Source of the DNA: a bacterium
GTDB lineage: Bacteria > Bacillota > Clostridia > Christensenellales > UBA3700
Direction of reading: 5' to 3'
DNA length: 64,000 nt
Assembly (NCBI GenBank): GCA_963592135.1
Contig: CAVAVP010000021.1
Location: 40,248 to 104,247 of the forward strand
Shown here: piece by piece, positions 1 to 9,519 of the stretch
Layout of the letters: each line of letters starts with the position of its first letter
Numbering within the stretch: position 1 is the stretch's first letter
The notes under the pieces: generated by a model
Told to the model about the DNA's origin: nothing
Database searches by the model: none
What the model saw: the letters and a program-made list of their open reading frames with translations, nothing else
Made by a program: the position numbers and the translations under genes

Positions 1-1
1 A

Positions 2-253
2 TATCTATGGGACGTTGGAGATAGAATTGGAATCAAGATAAAAGAAGATGACTTTAGATTCATAACACTAGATATGTCATTATCTGAAGAGGAAGTATCT
101 AATATTGTATATCATTTCAAACATAAAGAAATTTCTTCTGAAATAATAAAAGAAGAGGAAGCTGTTTTATCCGATGCGGAAAATATTATTTCTGAAATAA
201 TTGAAGATAACACACAAGAGACCACTAAAGAGGATGTTAAAGATGAAATTTAG
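2..253 (+). CDS. potA: C-terminal fragment of an ABC ATPase, probably PotA (partial, runs off the window start)
   Basis: The frame is open from the window edge to TAG at 251-253 (YLWDVGDRIGIKIKEDDF...). It lies directly upstream of potB and overlaps it. The acidic tail and the position fit the potABCD gene order. Confidence 0.45.
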   Translation, partial: YLWDVGDRIGIKIKEDDFRFITLDMSLSEEEVSNIVYHFKHKEISSEIIKEEEAVLSDAENIISEIIEDNTQETTKEDVKDEI

Positions 254-1043
254 ACATTTTTCAAGAAAGTACTTATCCATCCCCTATGGAGTATTTATGG
301 TAGTATTTATAATACTTCCTCTTGTAATTCTTTTCCTATATTCTTTTACTAAAACAAATAGAGATGGTTCTTTGTCTTTAAGTTTTACATTGGATAATTT
401 TAAAGCTGTATTTAGTTCTACTAATTTAAATATGTTAAAAAGATCCTTTAAAATCGGGATTATAACTTCTCTTGCATGTTTAATTCTTGGCTATCCTGTG
501 GCCTTAATTTTAAATAAATCAAATATAAAACACAAGAATGTTATAGTAATGCTTTTCATGCTCCCTATGTGGATTAATTTCTTAATTAGAACTCTTGCAA
601 CAAAAGCAGTATTCCAAGCAATGGATATAGAACTAGGAGAAAATGCAGTTATATTCACTATGATATACAATTACCTACCATATATGATTATGCCTATATA
701 CAATGTTGTAGAAAAAATAGATAAATGCCTATATGAGGGAGCAAGGGATTTAGGAGCTAATGAATTTAAAGTTTTAACAAAGGTTACCGTTCCTTTATCT
801 CTACCTGGTGTACTTTCTGGCATTACCATGGTATTTATGCCTTCTATTACAACCTTTGCTATTGCTAATATAATGAGTAATAATACTTATATATTAGTTG
901 GTGATTATATTTATAGCGAATCATTCATCAGCTTTAACATATCTAGTGCTATAAGTTTAATAATTTTAGTAATTATCGGAATATCTATGATTATAGTTAA
1001 CAAGTATGACAAGGATGGCACCGCTACAGGAGGTATGATGTAA
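243..1043 (+). CDS. potB: Spermidine/putrescine ABC transporter permease PotB
   Basis: Multi-TM protein with the binding-protein-dependent permease EAA-like loop (YEGARDLGANEFKVLTKVTVPL). The tracked ORF starts at 201. ATG at 243 follows GAGG (229-232), and ATG 234 is also possible. Its stop overlaps the potC ATG by 1 nt. Confidence 0.85.
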   Translation: MKFRHFSRKYLSIPYGVFMVVFIILPLVILFLYSFTKTNRDGSLSLSFTLDNFKAVFSSTNLNMLKRSFKIGIITSLACLILGYPVALILNKSNIKHKNVIVMLFMLPMWINFLIRTLATKAVFQAMDIELGENAVIFTMIYNYLPYMIMPIYNVVEKIDKCLYEGARDLGANEFKVLTKVTVPLSLPGVLSGITMVFMPSITTFAIANIMSNNTYILVGDYIYSESFISFNISSAISLIILVIIGISMIIVNKYDKDGTATGGMM

Positions 1044-1876
1044 TGAATAAAAATAAAATTAAATCAGTAACCTCTAAAACAATTTCATGGACATACATAG
1101 GTATAATACTAGTACTATTATATTTACCTATTATTTGGATGATTTTATGGTCGTTTACAGGTAGCATTTCTTTTACTCATTGGAGTGGCTTTACTTTAGA
1201 TAACTACAAGGATTTATTTACAGGAAGAAATGCCTCCTCTATTTTCGATGCATTAAAAAATACTTTAATAATCGCTTTTGGTTCTTCATTTATCGCTACA
1301 ATTTTAGGAACAGCAGCATCTATTGGTATTCATAGTATCAGAAAGAAAGCAATTAAAAATGCTTATAATAATGTAAATCAAATTCCTATGGTAAACTCGG
1401 AAATAGTAACCGCTATGTCTATGATGCTTTTATTCCAAGTATTACGTAGAATCTTCAATACTGGAAACTCACTAGAATTAATCGAAGTAATTTTAGCACA
1501 TGTTACATTCTGTACCCCATATGTAATACTAAATGTATCTCCAAGACTTACTCAATCAGATAACAAAATTTATGAGGCAGCTTTAGATTTAGGATGTAAT
1601 TATTGGCAAGCTATAACAAAAGTTGTTATTCCAGAGATAATGTCGGGTATTATAGTAGGATTTGTTATGGCATTTACTCTATCTATTGACGATTTTGTTA
1701 TTACAGAGTTTACTATTAACGGATTTGACACAATATCCACTCTAATCTACGCAAAACAAGCAGGCAAAAAATCTTTACCTACAGAGTTTAGAGCCCTATT
1801 TACAATTATATTCTTTATAATTTTAGGATTATTAATGTTTATAAATAAACCAGAAAAACAAATTAAAAACAAATAA
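1043..1876 (+). CDS. potC: Spermidine/putrescine ABC transporter permease PotC
   Basis: Six-TM permease with the loop YEAALDLGCNYWQAITKVVIPE. The TAATG junction with potB indicates translational coupling. Confidence 0.85.
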   Translation: MNKNKIKSVTSKTISWTYIGIILVLLYLPIIWMILWSFTGSISFTHWSGFTLDNYKDLFTGRNASSIFDALKNTLIIAFGSSFIATILGTAASIGIHSIRKKAIKNAYNNVNQIPMVNSEIVTAMSMMLLFQVLRRIFNTGNSLELIEVILAHVTFCTPYVILNVSPRLTQSDNKIYEAALDLGCNYWQAITKVVIPEIMSGIIVGFVMAFTLSIDDFVITEFTINGFDTISTLIYAKQAGKKSLPTEFRALFTIIFFIILGLLMFINKPEKQIKNK

Positions 1877-1889
1877 GGAGTTTATTAAG

Positions 1890-3200
1890 ATGAAAAAGAA
1901 AGTGGTTTTAATTTTAACAATAGTTTGCTTAGTTGCAATTTCTATTATTCCCCTTTTAACATCTTGTTCTAAAAGAGAAAACAAGTTGTTAATTCTAACA
2001 ATCGATGAATACTTAAATGAAGATTTAATAGAATCATTTGAAACTTATTATAAAGAAGTTACTGGTGAATCTATTACTGTTGAAGTATCTTATACTCCAA
2101 CTAACGAGGAAATGTATTCTAAAATAGCCATGTCAAAAGCTGATTATGATGTTATTGTTCCATCAGATTATATGGTTGAAAAAATGCAAGGTTTAGACCT
2201 TCTTTTAAAATTAGATTCATCTCTGGGAGAAGACATTAACGGAAATGCTATTGTAGATTATAGAAAAAATGTATCCACTTATTTAACAAGTGATGTGTTT
2301 GCAAAAAGTTCCACTGAATATTCTTGTGCTTATATGTGGGGAACATTAGGTATAGTTTACAATAGAGACAAGGTATCTACAAAAACAATAAAATCTAAAG
2401 GCTGGGACATGCTTTGGGATTCAACATACAAAATTCAAATGAAAGATAGCGTAAGAGATACTACCGCTGTTGCTGCCATTTATACCTACAAAGCAGAATT
2501 ACTTGAAGGAACCGTAAATGTTAATGATGTAATAAATTACACCGATGATACACAATTAAGCAAAATACAAGCCAATTTAATAAGGCAAAAGAAATTTTCA
2601 AACTTCTATGGCTATGAAACAGACAATGGAAAGACAGATGTAGTTGAAGGAAAATCAGACATATTATTGCAATGGTCAGGCGATGCTGTATATACATTAA
2701 GCGATGAGCATATTGAAGAAGTTTTAGGTGCTGAAGCTACCGCTCCATCTCTTGCATATTACGTTCCTTCCGAAGGCTCAAATGTTTGGTGTGATTATTG
2801 GGTAATTCCAAAATATGCTGTAAACACAAAAGCTGCCAATTTATGGATAAATTATATGTGTTCAGATGAAGCAGCCGTAGCTAGCATGGACTATATTGGT
2901 TATACATCAGCAATTGCTACACAAGAAACATTTAATTATGCAAACGCTGCCATAACTTATGCCAATGAAAACGAATTAGAAGCTGATGCTATTACTAGAT
3001 TGTCTTTGGAAGATTCAGACAGATTTATGTATTGTGATTTATCTTATTTCTTTACAACCATAGAGGATTCTAAAAATGTATTTACTGATTATGTTCAATA
3101 TCAACCAAAATCAGTAATAGAAAATTGTGCTGTCATGAGAGATTTTGGCGAAACAACACAAAAAATGCAAGATATGTGGACAAATGTTAAAAACGCATAA
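1890..3200 (+). CDS. potD: Polyamine-type ABC substrate-binding lipoprotein (PotD-like, long form)
   Basis: Signal peptide ending in the lipobox LLTSC. AAGGAG RBS at 1876-1881. It is the third gene after the two permeases, and PotD-like motifs are present (VIVPSDYMVEKM, NVWCDYWVIPK). Confidence 0.8.
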   Translation: MKKKVVLILTIVCLVAISIIPLLTSCSKRENKLLILTIDEYLNEDLIESFETYYKEVTGESITVEVSYTPTNEEMYSKIAMSKADYDVIVPSDYMVEKMQGLDLLLKLDSSLGEDINGNAIVDYRKNVSTYLTSDVFAKSSTEYSCAYMWGTLGIVYNRDKVSTKTIKSKGWDMLWDSTYKIQMKDSVRDTTAVAAIYTYKAELLEGTVNVNDVINYTDDTQLSKIQANLIRQKKFSNFYGYETDNGKTDVVEGKSDILLQWSGDAVYTLSDEHIEEVLGAEATAPSLAYYVPSEGSNVWCDYWVIPKYAVNTKAANLWINYMCSDEAAVASMDYIGYTSAIATQETFNYANAAITYANENELEADAITRLSLEDSDRFMYCDLSYFFTTIEDSKNVFTDYVQYQPKSVIENCAVMRDFGETTQKMQDMWTNVKNA

Positions 3201-3235
3201 TTAAAAATTATTCTTAAACAAAGTATTTTATATTT

Positions 3236-3274
3236 AAAAACCTAGACTTGTTCAATTCTTTGTCTAGGTTTTTT
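3236..3274 (+). terminator. Rho-independent terminator of the pot operon
   Basis: Stem CCTAGAC (3241-3247) pairs with GTCTAGG (3262-3268), flanked by an A-run and followed by TTTTTT. Confidence 0.7.
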
Positions 3275-3471
3275 GCACATAAATAAAACATTTTAAATAT
3301 ATTTATAATTTATTAATTTTTAATCTCATTATTTAGAACATTTTCTTGTAATAATACATTTATCTTTTAGCTCTTTTCCCTTAATACTTGCGTGTTAAAA
3401 ATTAATATACATTTTTGCATATTAGAATTTATAACAAAAAAAACACTTTATGAGAATTAATTTTTATAAGT

Positions 3472-5028
3472 CTAAATCTTAGATTTGTTTTTATAAGCTT
3501 GGAACTCTTTAGAATATGATTTCTTTTTGTTTGTTTTTTTAGACTTATTATCTTTATTCTTTGTAAAAATTTTAATATTTGAAGCTTTATCTTGCTTCTT
3601 TTTAGAAGCCTCTTCGCTTTTAGCCTCTTCTATTACAATTTTTCTTTTTCCTAATACTAGTCCTACGAGCTTCTTTATATTTTCTACTTTATCTTTTCCA
3701 ACTTCCACAAAAGAGAACGTGTCACCAACTTTAACATCAACTATTTCATGAACTTCTATTTTACACTTAGATGTTACAAGTTTTGTTAATGTATATTTAT
3801 CTAACATATCCTTTTTACCTACATTTAAGAAAAATCTTTGTGTGGCGTTATTCTTTTCAATTTTATGAAACTTATTAGAACCATCTTTAGGAAGAGTAAA
3901 TTTATCTTTAAACTCAGGTAAATCTATGTATTCTAACGCATTGTTAGTAATAGTTTGATAAGCTTGAACAAATCCTACTTGTGAAGAATCTATAATAGTA
4001 TATGCAGCTCCTGTTTTATTAGCTCTTGCAGTTCTTCCTATTCTATGAATATAGAAATCATTATCTGAAGGAGGATCAAAATTAAATATTACATTTATTG
4101 ACTCTACATCAATACCACGAGCAGCGACATCTGTAGCTACAAGCATTTCTATATCCCCATTCTTAAAGGATTTCATTATTTTGCTTCTTTCATTTTGTCT
4201 AATATCACTATGAATAACTGCGCAGTTTGCATGAGCTTTTGTTAATGCTTGATATAATTTATCTGCTCTTGCTTTTGTATTACAAAAAACAATACATCTA
4301 TTGTAATTATTAATTCTCTTTATATATAAAAGAGCAGAAACTCTTTGAGAGTCTTCTACCATGGTATAGTATTGTTTTATTTGTGGGATATTCTCTCCAT
4401 TAATTTTAGTTTCAATAAATAAAGGATCTTTAAACTTTTCATCCACAATTTCTTTTATTTGTTTTGGAATTGTAGCTGAGAATAATAAATTTTGTGTAGT
4501 CACCTGGGGAACAGCTTTCATTAATTTTTCAATATCCGCTCTAAACCCCATATCAAACATTTCATCGCCTTCATCTAAAACCAAGCATTTAGTTTCATTA
4601 AGTTTCAATGTATGTCTATCTAAATGATCAAGTAATCTTCCTGGAGTGCCTACTACAACTTGCGGCTTTTTTCTTAGAAATAATAATTGTCTTTGGAAGT
4701 TTTGTCCACCATAAATTCCGGCCACTCTAAAACTTTCATAATATTTAGTACACATTTTAAAAACATCACAAATTTGTGTAACTAATTCTCTTGTTGGACA
4801 AATTATTAAAGCTTGAACTTTATTTGATTCCCTCTCTACCTTTTTCATTATTGGCAAAACAAAAGCTAATGTCTTTCCAGTACCGGTAGGTGCCTTTGCT
4901 ACTATATTCTTGCCACATATTGCCTCTGGAATAACTTTTTCTTGTATGTCAGTCATTTCAACAATATTCTGTTCTTGAAGTGCCTTTATTATTAATGGAT
5001 CTATTTCTAATTCTTTAAATTCTTTCAT
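3472..5028 (-). CDS. DEAD-box ATP-dependent RNA helicase with a DbpA-type C-terminal RNA-binding domain and a Lys-rich tail
   Basis: Q-motif (TDIQ), motif I AKAPTGTGKT, motif II VLDEGDEM (DEGD variant), SAT, HRIGRTARA, and a DbpA-like FFLNVGKKD...VGDTFSFVEV. The tracked ORF starts at 5064. I prefer ATG 5028 (MKEFKELEI...). Confidence 0.9.
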   Translation of the reverse strand: MKEFKELEIDPLIIKALQEQNIVEMTDIQEKVIPEAICGKNIVAKAPTGTGKTLAFVLPIMKKVERESNKVQALIICPTRELVTQICDVFKMCTKYYESFRVAGIYGGQNFQRQLLFLRKKPQVVVGTPGRLLDHLDRHTLKLNETKCLVLDEGDEMFDMGFRADIEKLMKAVPQVTTQNLLFSATIPKQIKEIVDEKFKDPLFIETKINGENIPQIKQYYTMVEDSQRVSALLYIKRINNYNRCIVFCNTKARADKLYQALTKAHANCAVIHSDIRQNERSKIMKSFKNGDIEMLVATDVAARGIDVESINVIFNFDPPSDNDFYIHRIGRTARANKTGAAYTIIDSSQVGFVQAYQTITNNALEYIDLPEFKDKFTLPKDGSNKFHKIEKNNATQRFFLNVGKKDMLDKYTLTKLVTSKCKIEVHEIVDVKVGDTFSFVEVGKDKVENIKKLVGLVLGKRKIVIEEAKSEEASKKKQDKASNIKIFTKNKDNKSKKTNKKKSYSKEFQAYKNKSKI

Positions 5029-5035
5029 GGCTTGA

Positions 5036-5064
5036 ATTATATCACATGCCCTTTTATTTTGCAT
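5036..5064 (-). promoter_or_regulatory. Candidate promoter of the helicase gene (extended -10)
   Basis: The minus strand reads TGATATAAT (-10 at 5041-5036), with ATGCAA 17 nt upstream. ATG 5028 lies 7 nt after the -10, and there is no Shine-Dalgarno sequence. Confidence 0.45.
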
Positions 5065-5072
5065 TTAATTAC

Positions 5073-5100
5073 TTGCACAAAGTTAAAACTATTGTATAAT
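5073..5100 (+). promoter_or_regulatory. Candidate sigma-A promoter of the SDR gene
   Basis: TTGCAC (5073-5078), 16-nt spacer, TATAAT (5095-5100). ATG 5110 follows 9 nt later with no Shine-Dalgarno sequence. Confidence 0.5.
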
Positions 5101-5109
5101 TATATCAAT

Positions 5110-5841
5110 ATGAAAACAGCATTAATTTTAGGAGCATCTAGAGGGATTGGAGCGGCCATTGCAAAAGAATTTGCAAAGAATAATTATTTTGTTTGCATAA
5201 ACTATAATAAGTCTTTAAATGAGGCAAAATCTCTTTTAGAAAACATATCTAAAGATAATGGACAAGGAGAATTATTTAAAGCAAACATTTCAAACTTTAA
5301 CGAAGTTAATGATATGATTTCTACTATAATTTCAAAATATAAAAAAATTGATGTTTTAATAGTTTCTGCTGGTATTTCAAAACCTAATTTATTAATAGAT
5401 TCTTCTATAGCGGATATTTCCGCTATTATAAATACCAACCTACTTGGAACAATATACTCTTGTAAAGCAGTCTTACCTTATATGCTTTCTAATCACTTTG
5501 GGAAAATAATAACTATCTCTTCTATGTGGGGAGAGGTTGGCGCTTCATGTGAAAGTATATATTCTGCATCAAAAGGTGGCGTTATAGCCTTTACAAAAGC
5601 CCTTGCTAAAGAAGTGGGATATAATGGAATTAATGTTAATTGCATCAGTCCAGGGCTTGTTAATACTCAAATGAACAATAATTTATCTAAAGATGATATA
5701 AAGGAACTTATTGACTCTACTCCATCTTCAAGAATAGGTGAACCTATAGACATAGCAAAGGCCGCTTTATTTCTATCATCCGATGACGCTAGTTTTATTA
5801 ACGGCCAAGTAATTTCTATAAACGGTGGATTTATTATTTAG
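5110..5841 (+). CDS. Short-chain dehydrogenase/reductase, 3-oxoacyl-ACP reductase (FabG)-like
   Basis: N-terminal TGxxxGIG-type motif (ILGASRGIGAAIA), catalytic S...YSASK, and PGLVNT. The tracked ORF (5032) carries an implausible N-terminal extension, so ATG 5110 is chosen. Confidence 0.85.
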   Translation: MKTALILGASRGIGAAIAKEFAKNNYFVCINYNKSLNEAKSLLENISKDNGQGELFKANISNFNEVNDMISTIISKYKKIDVLIVSAGISKPNLLIDSSIADISAIINTNLLGTIYSCKAVLPYMLSNHFGKIITISSMWGEVGASCESIYSASKGGVIAFTKALAKEVGYNGINVNCISPGLVNTQMNNNLSKDDIKELIDSTPSSRIGEPIDIAKAALFLSSDDASFINGQVISINGGFII

Positions 5842-7553
5842 TCTGGAGTTACCGCAGCGTCTAAATACACACCCATATTATCTAGTATAGTTTGAATCGA
5901 AGAACCTGCAAGCTTAGAAACAGAAGATCTTCCACCTAAAACATAACATCTAAATGATTCAGAGTCCGTATAACTTAAATCATTAAATGCATTCTCATCA
6001 ATAACAAATGTTTTTGAAACACTATCACTATCAAAATATAGTGTTGTTATTTTACTTTTGTATACAATGCTTGAACCTAATTCATTAACTGCACCTGGTA
6101 GACATAATAATGAAAATTGTGAACCAGCGAATGCATATCCACTTATTTTCTTTATAGTATTTAGTTTATTTGCTGCAGTAAAAAATTTAAATGCGTAACT
6201 TTTCTTTGTTTTAGTACTATCTTGATAATAATAAGAATCATCATCATATAATCCTATATAAGCATATAAAGTAGTAGGTGTTGTTGTAGAAGAATAATAA
6301 TCTGTTACAACATAGTGATTAGTTTTTACTCCGTTTTTATTATAGTAAGAGTCTAATGTTGTTGTTCTAAAATAATCATTATATTCAACTTGTTCTATAG
6401 TTCCATCGCCCTTTGTATGATTAAACAATACCTTATAATTACAAGCTTTTGTTGATGTAGACGATGTTGCAAAGAAAGATAAAGCTCCATCATTAATTTT
6501 CTCTAATGATTCTGGAAGGATAAGTGGATTTGCAGATAAAAGTTGAATACAGCCCATAAACATTCCAGATGGTAAAGATTTCATATTATTTGGAAGAGTT
6601 ACGCTATTTAAAGCAGCACATGTTAAAAACATATTACTTCCTAAAACTGCACTTGTAGATAAGTTTTCATCAAATATAACTTTCTTTAACGATGTTGAAC
6701 CTGAAAAAGCATAATCCCCGATATCTGTAACCGATGGATAAATATAGAAATATTGGAAATTTAATTTTGTAGAAGCAAATGCATAATTTCCAATATAAGT
6801 CAATTTAGTCAACTTTAGTTCATCATCAGCTTTTGAATATAGTTGTGTATCATAAAAAGCATATTTACCTATAACTTCTATACCATTTTCACCATCATCA
6901 TAAACACCTATTTTTCTAACTGGACTTCCTCTAAATGCATTATCACCAATATCTTTTAGAGTTGTAGGTATTTTAATACAATCTAAACTATCACATTCAT
7001 AAAATGCATTATCACAAATTTCAGTTAAAGATTTTGGAAGTTCTAACCATTGATCACCATTTGTATCTGTTGTTATATCCTTACCTAAATATGTACACCC
7101 ATAGAAAGCATATGAACCAATATACGTAATAGAATCCGGCATTACAACAGTTCTAAGTGCTGTACAATTTTGGAAACAGTAAGCAGGAACGCTTGTTAAA
7201 TTTGATGGAAGCGTTACGGATACCAATACTGCATTTCCGCTAAAACAATAATCATCTAATTCAAGATTTGAATTATCTTCAAAAGAAAGAGAGGCAACTT
7301 TTGAATTGTTAAAAGCTTTTTGAGATATTGAAACAACTTTTTTACCCTCGATTTTCGCAGGAACGGTAAGTGATGTATTATCTCCATCATAAGACACTAT
7401 TGAAACGCCATTGCCTTCACTTACAACTGTATAATCTCCCAGAGTAAATTGTGAGTTTTGATTAATAGAATTCACAACAACTGCTATTGTTATAATTCCA
7501 ATTGCTAGTACTATAATTACAGCTAATGCTATTTGTTTTGAATATTTTTTCAT
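5838..7553 (-). CDS. N-terminally membrane-anchored BspA-type leucine-rich-repeat surface protein
   Basis: TM helix (IALAVIIVLAIGIITIAVVV) followed by many repeats of the I(G/C)xxAFxxCxxLxxVxIP type (LRR_5-like). RBS AGAGAGG precedes ATG 7553. Confidence 0.75.
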   Translation of the reverse strand: MKKYSKQIALAVIIVLAIGIITIAVVVNSINQNSQFTLGDYTVVSEGNGVSIVSYDGDNTSLTVPAKIEGKKVVSISQKAFNNSKVASLSFEDNSNLELDDYCFSGNAVLVSVTLPSNLTSVPAYCFQNCTALRTVVMPDSITYIGSYAFYGCTYLGKDITTDTNGDQWLELPKSLTEICDNAFYECDSLDCIKIPTTLKDIGDNAFRGSPVRKIGVYDDGENGIEVIGKYAFYDTQLYSKADDELKLTKLTYIGNYAFASTKLNFQYFYIYPSVTDIGDYAFSGSTSLKKVIFDENLSTSAVLGSNMFLTCAALNSVTLPNNMKSLPSGMFMGCIQLLSANPLILPESLEKINDGALSFFATSSTSTKACNYKVLFNHTKGDGTIEQVEYNDYFRTTTLDSYYNKNGVKTNHYVVTDYYSSTTTPTTLYAYIGLYDDDSYYYQDSTKTKKSYAFKFFTAANKLNTIKKISGYAFAGSQFSLLCLPGAVNELGSSIVYKSKITTLYFDSDSVSKTFVIDENAFNDLSYTDSESFRCYVLGGRSSVSKLAGSSIQTILDNMGVYLDAAVTPD

Positions 7554-7563
7554 TTTGACCTCT

Positions 7564-9318
7564 CTATTTAACCTCAGCATTTATTAAATCATATCTATCT
7601 GCTGCTTCTTTTATATTATCTCTTTTTAATGTAGAAGATGTTCTAGATTCTATATTTACATTGTTTAATGTAATATTAGATACATGTCTTGCAAACACTC
7701 CATATACTGGCAAATCCTTATAAATACTTAATTCATGAGATATAAAATATGAATGAATAACTCTTGTTATTTCAGGATAACCATTCATTCCTTCTTCATA
7801 TTTTGCATCACCGATATCTAATTCCTCTTGCGTATTTCTATATGCAGCTTTATAGTTAGCTATTGTAACATTTTCCACTCTATATGTTGTATTGTTATAA
7901 ACACATCCAGTTACTGCACTTGGCATTTCTACATTATTAGAAACCACATTGGAAATAGTTATTTTATTTATACTGCCTACCTCACCAATTGAGCCTGGAT
8001 ATGTATTTAATCTTGCCCCTAACCAAATTAAAAATGTTGCCGAAATACCTTCCATGTAAATATTGTCTACGTTCACATCATATATATTTGAGCCATCTGC
8101 GGATTCTATAGCAATCCCCGCATATCCACCAACTACACCTTCTGGCATTGCAAAATAACAATTAATGCAATCTATATTTTTTATTTCTTGTGTTGTTTCT
8201 GTTCCTATTTTAAAACAGTTTGCCATAGAAATAACTGTACATCTATTAAATGTTATATTTTTACAAACTTTAGTTCCATTTGCCTTAATACACAAACCAT
8301 CATCTGCTGTTGCAATAAATACATGTTTTACATCTACAGATTGACAACTTACAAAATCTAATCCATCGGCATTAGCAACATGAAGATTATTATCTATAAC
8401 ACTATCAACTATACTTATATCTTTACTATCTACAAACTTACAAGTCCAATTTGCCGAATCTTTAATTAAAACTGATTCGATATTAATATTCTCACAATTT
8501 GCAAAATATAAGGCATGTGGTCTTGATACTTCTATATCCCCCACCTTCTTTACTTTTCTTATCCTCTTTCTTGCTTGCAAAACTCTTGTTTTTAAATTAA
8601 ACTTTTCAAGAGGCTGCAAGGCCGAAGAATCTTCAGCCTCATCCGTAAAAGTTGCTCCATTACATATAATTGAACCTGGGCCATAAATTTTTATACTTGA
8701 AACACTTTTTCCCAATGTTCCCTCTGCATATAAAATACCTTTATTTGTAACATCTATATTATATTCAACACATTCTTGATAAGTAGGACCAATTAAAGAA
8801 CAATCTTTATTGATAACAATTGTTACATTGCTTTTAAGTTTAATTGGAGTCGTCTTATAATTTCCATCAACATAAAGTATTAAACTACCAGAAGATTCCT
8901 CAATTAAACTATTTATGATATTACCATTTTGAACAGGATTATTTGTATCTAATACTCCTTTTTCAGATAAATTATATGAATGAACAAAAAAGTCTTTAAT
9001 TTGAGACCAAATGGTTGTTGTATCATATAAATAATCTTCGTAATTTATATTTGCAATATACTCATTTGTTGAATCTAACGTATAAGTCTTTTTTAAATCA
9101 GAAATATTTTTATGAGTTACCGTAACTGTTGGATAATTAATGATAAAGAAATATAACCAAAGAACCATAGTAAATGCAAATATTATACAAAAAACAATAA
9201 TTGCTGAAATTATAGATGCCCTTTTTCTTGCATCCTTCCATACGCTTATTTTTTTATTAGTAGTAGAATCTTTTGAAAAATCAATTGACTCATTTTGGTT
9301 TAATTCTTCATTATCCAA
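7564..9318 (-). CDS. N-terminally anchored right-handed beta-helix protein, glycoside hydrolase family 28 (polygalacturonase)-like
   Basis: TM helix, then GH28-like strings (NADGLDF, ATADDGLCIKA, FKIGTE) and a periodic beta-helix texture. TTG start at 9318 is preceded by AGGAGA. Confidence 0.6.
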   Translation of the reverse strand: MDNEELNQNESIDFSKDSTTNKKISVWKDARKRASIISAIIVFCIIFAFTMVLWLYFFIINYPTVTVTHKNISDLKKTYTLDSTNEYIANINYEDYLYDTTTIWSQIKDFFVHSYNLSEKGVLDTNNPVQNGNIINSLIEESSGSLILYVDGNYKTTPIKLKSNVTIVINKDCSLIGPTYQECVEYNIDVTNKGILYAEGTLGKSVSSIKIYGPGSIICNGATFTDEAEDSSALQPLEKFNLKTRVLQARKRIRKVKKVGDIEVSRPHALYFANCENINIESVLIKDSANWTCKFVDSKDISIVDSVIDNNLHVANADGLDFVSCQSVDVKHVFIATADDGLCIKANGTKVCKNITFNRCTVISMANCFKIGTETTQEIKNIDCINCYFAMPEGVVGGYAGIAIESADGSNIYDVNVDNIYMEGISATFLIWLGARLNTYPGSIGEVGSINKITISNVVSNNVEMPSAVTGCVYNNTTYRVENVTIANYKAAYRNTQEELDIGDAKYEEGMNGYPEITRVIHSYFISHELSIYKDLPVYGVFARHVSNITLNNVNIESRTSSTLKRDNIKEAADRYDLINAEVK

Positions 9319-9519
9319 GGTACTATCTCCTATAAATATAAAATATTATAACATACGCGCATTTTATATAACAACAAAAGAAAATACTAGTTAAAGCTAA
9401 AGTTAATAGAGCTTGTTGTATACTTTTATTCTAAAAAAAAATCTGTTTTGGTTAAATGTATGCAAATACAAAAAATATATAAAAATAATCTATTGTCACG
9501 AATTTTAAAGTAAATTTCT

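Noticed and set aside
5032-5109. Longer N-terminal extensions given by the ORF track (SDR at 5032, hydrolase TTG at 38483, aminotransferase at 49281, LRR at 7580, giants at 25197 and 34579, among others)
   Set aside because: The extensions lack RBSs, run through promoter-like DNA or upstream genes, and add non-homologous residues. Internal ATGs with good RBSs or promoter geometry fit the known family N-termini.
5838-5841. Convergent SDR and LRR genes sharing stop-codon nucleotides (TTAG) with no terminator between them
   Set aside because: The overlap is real in the sequence, but it is probably just compact genome organisation. I noted it under the surface-pair finding rather than as a separate system.
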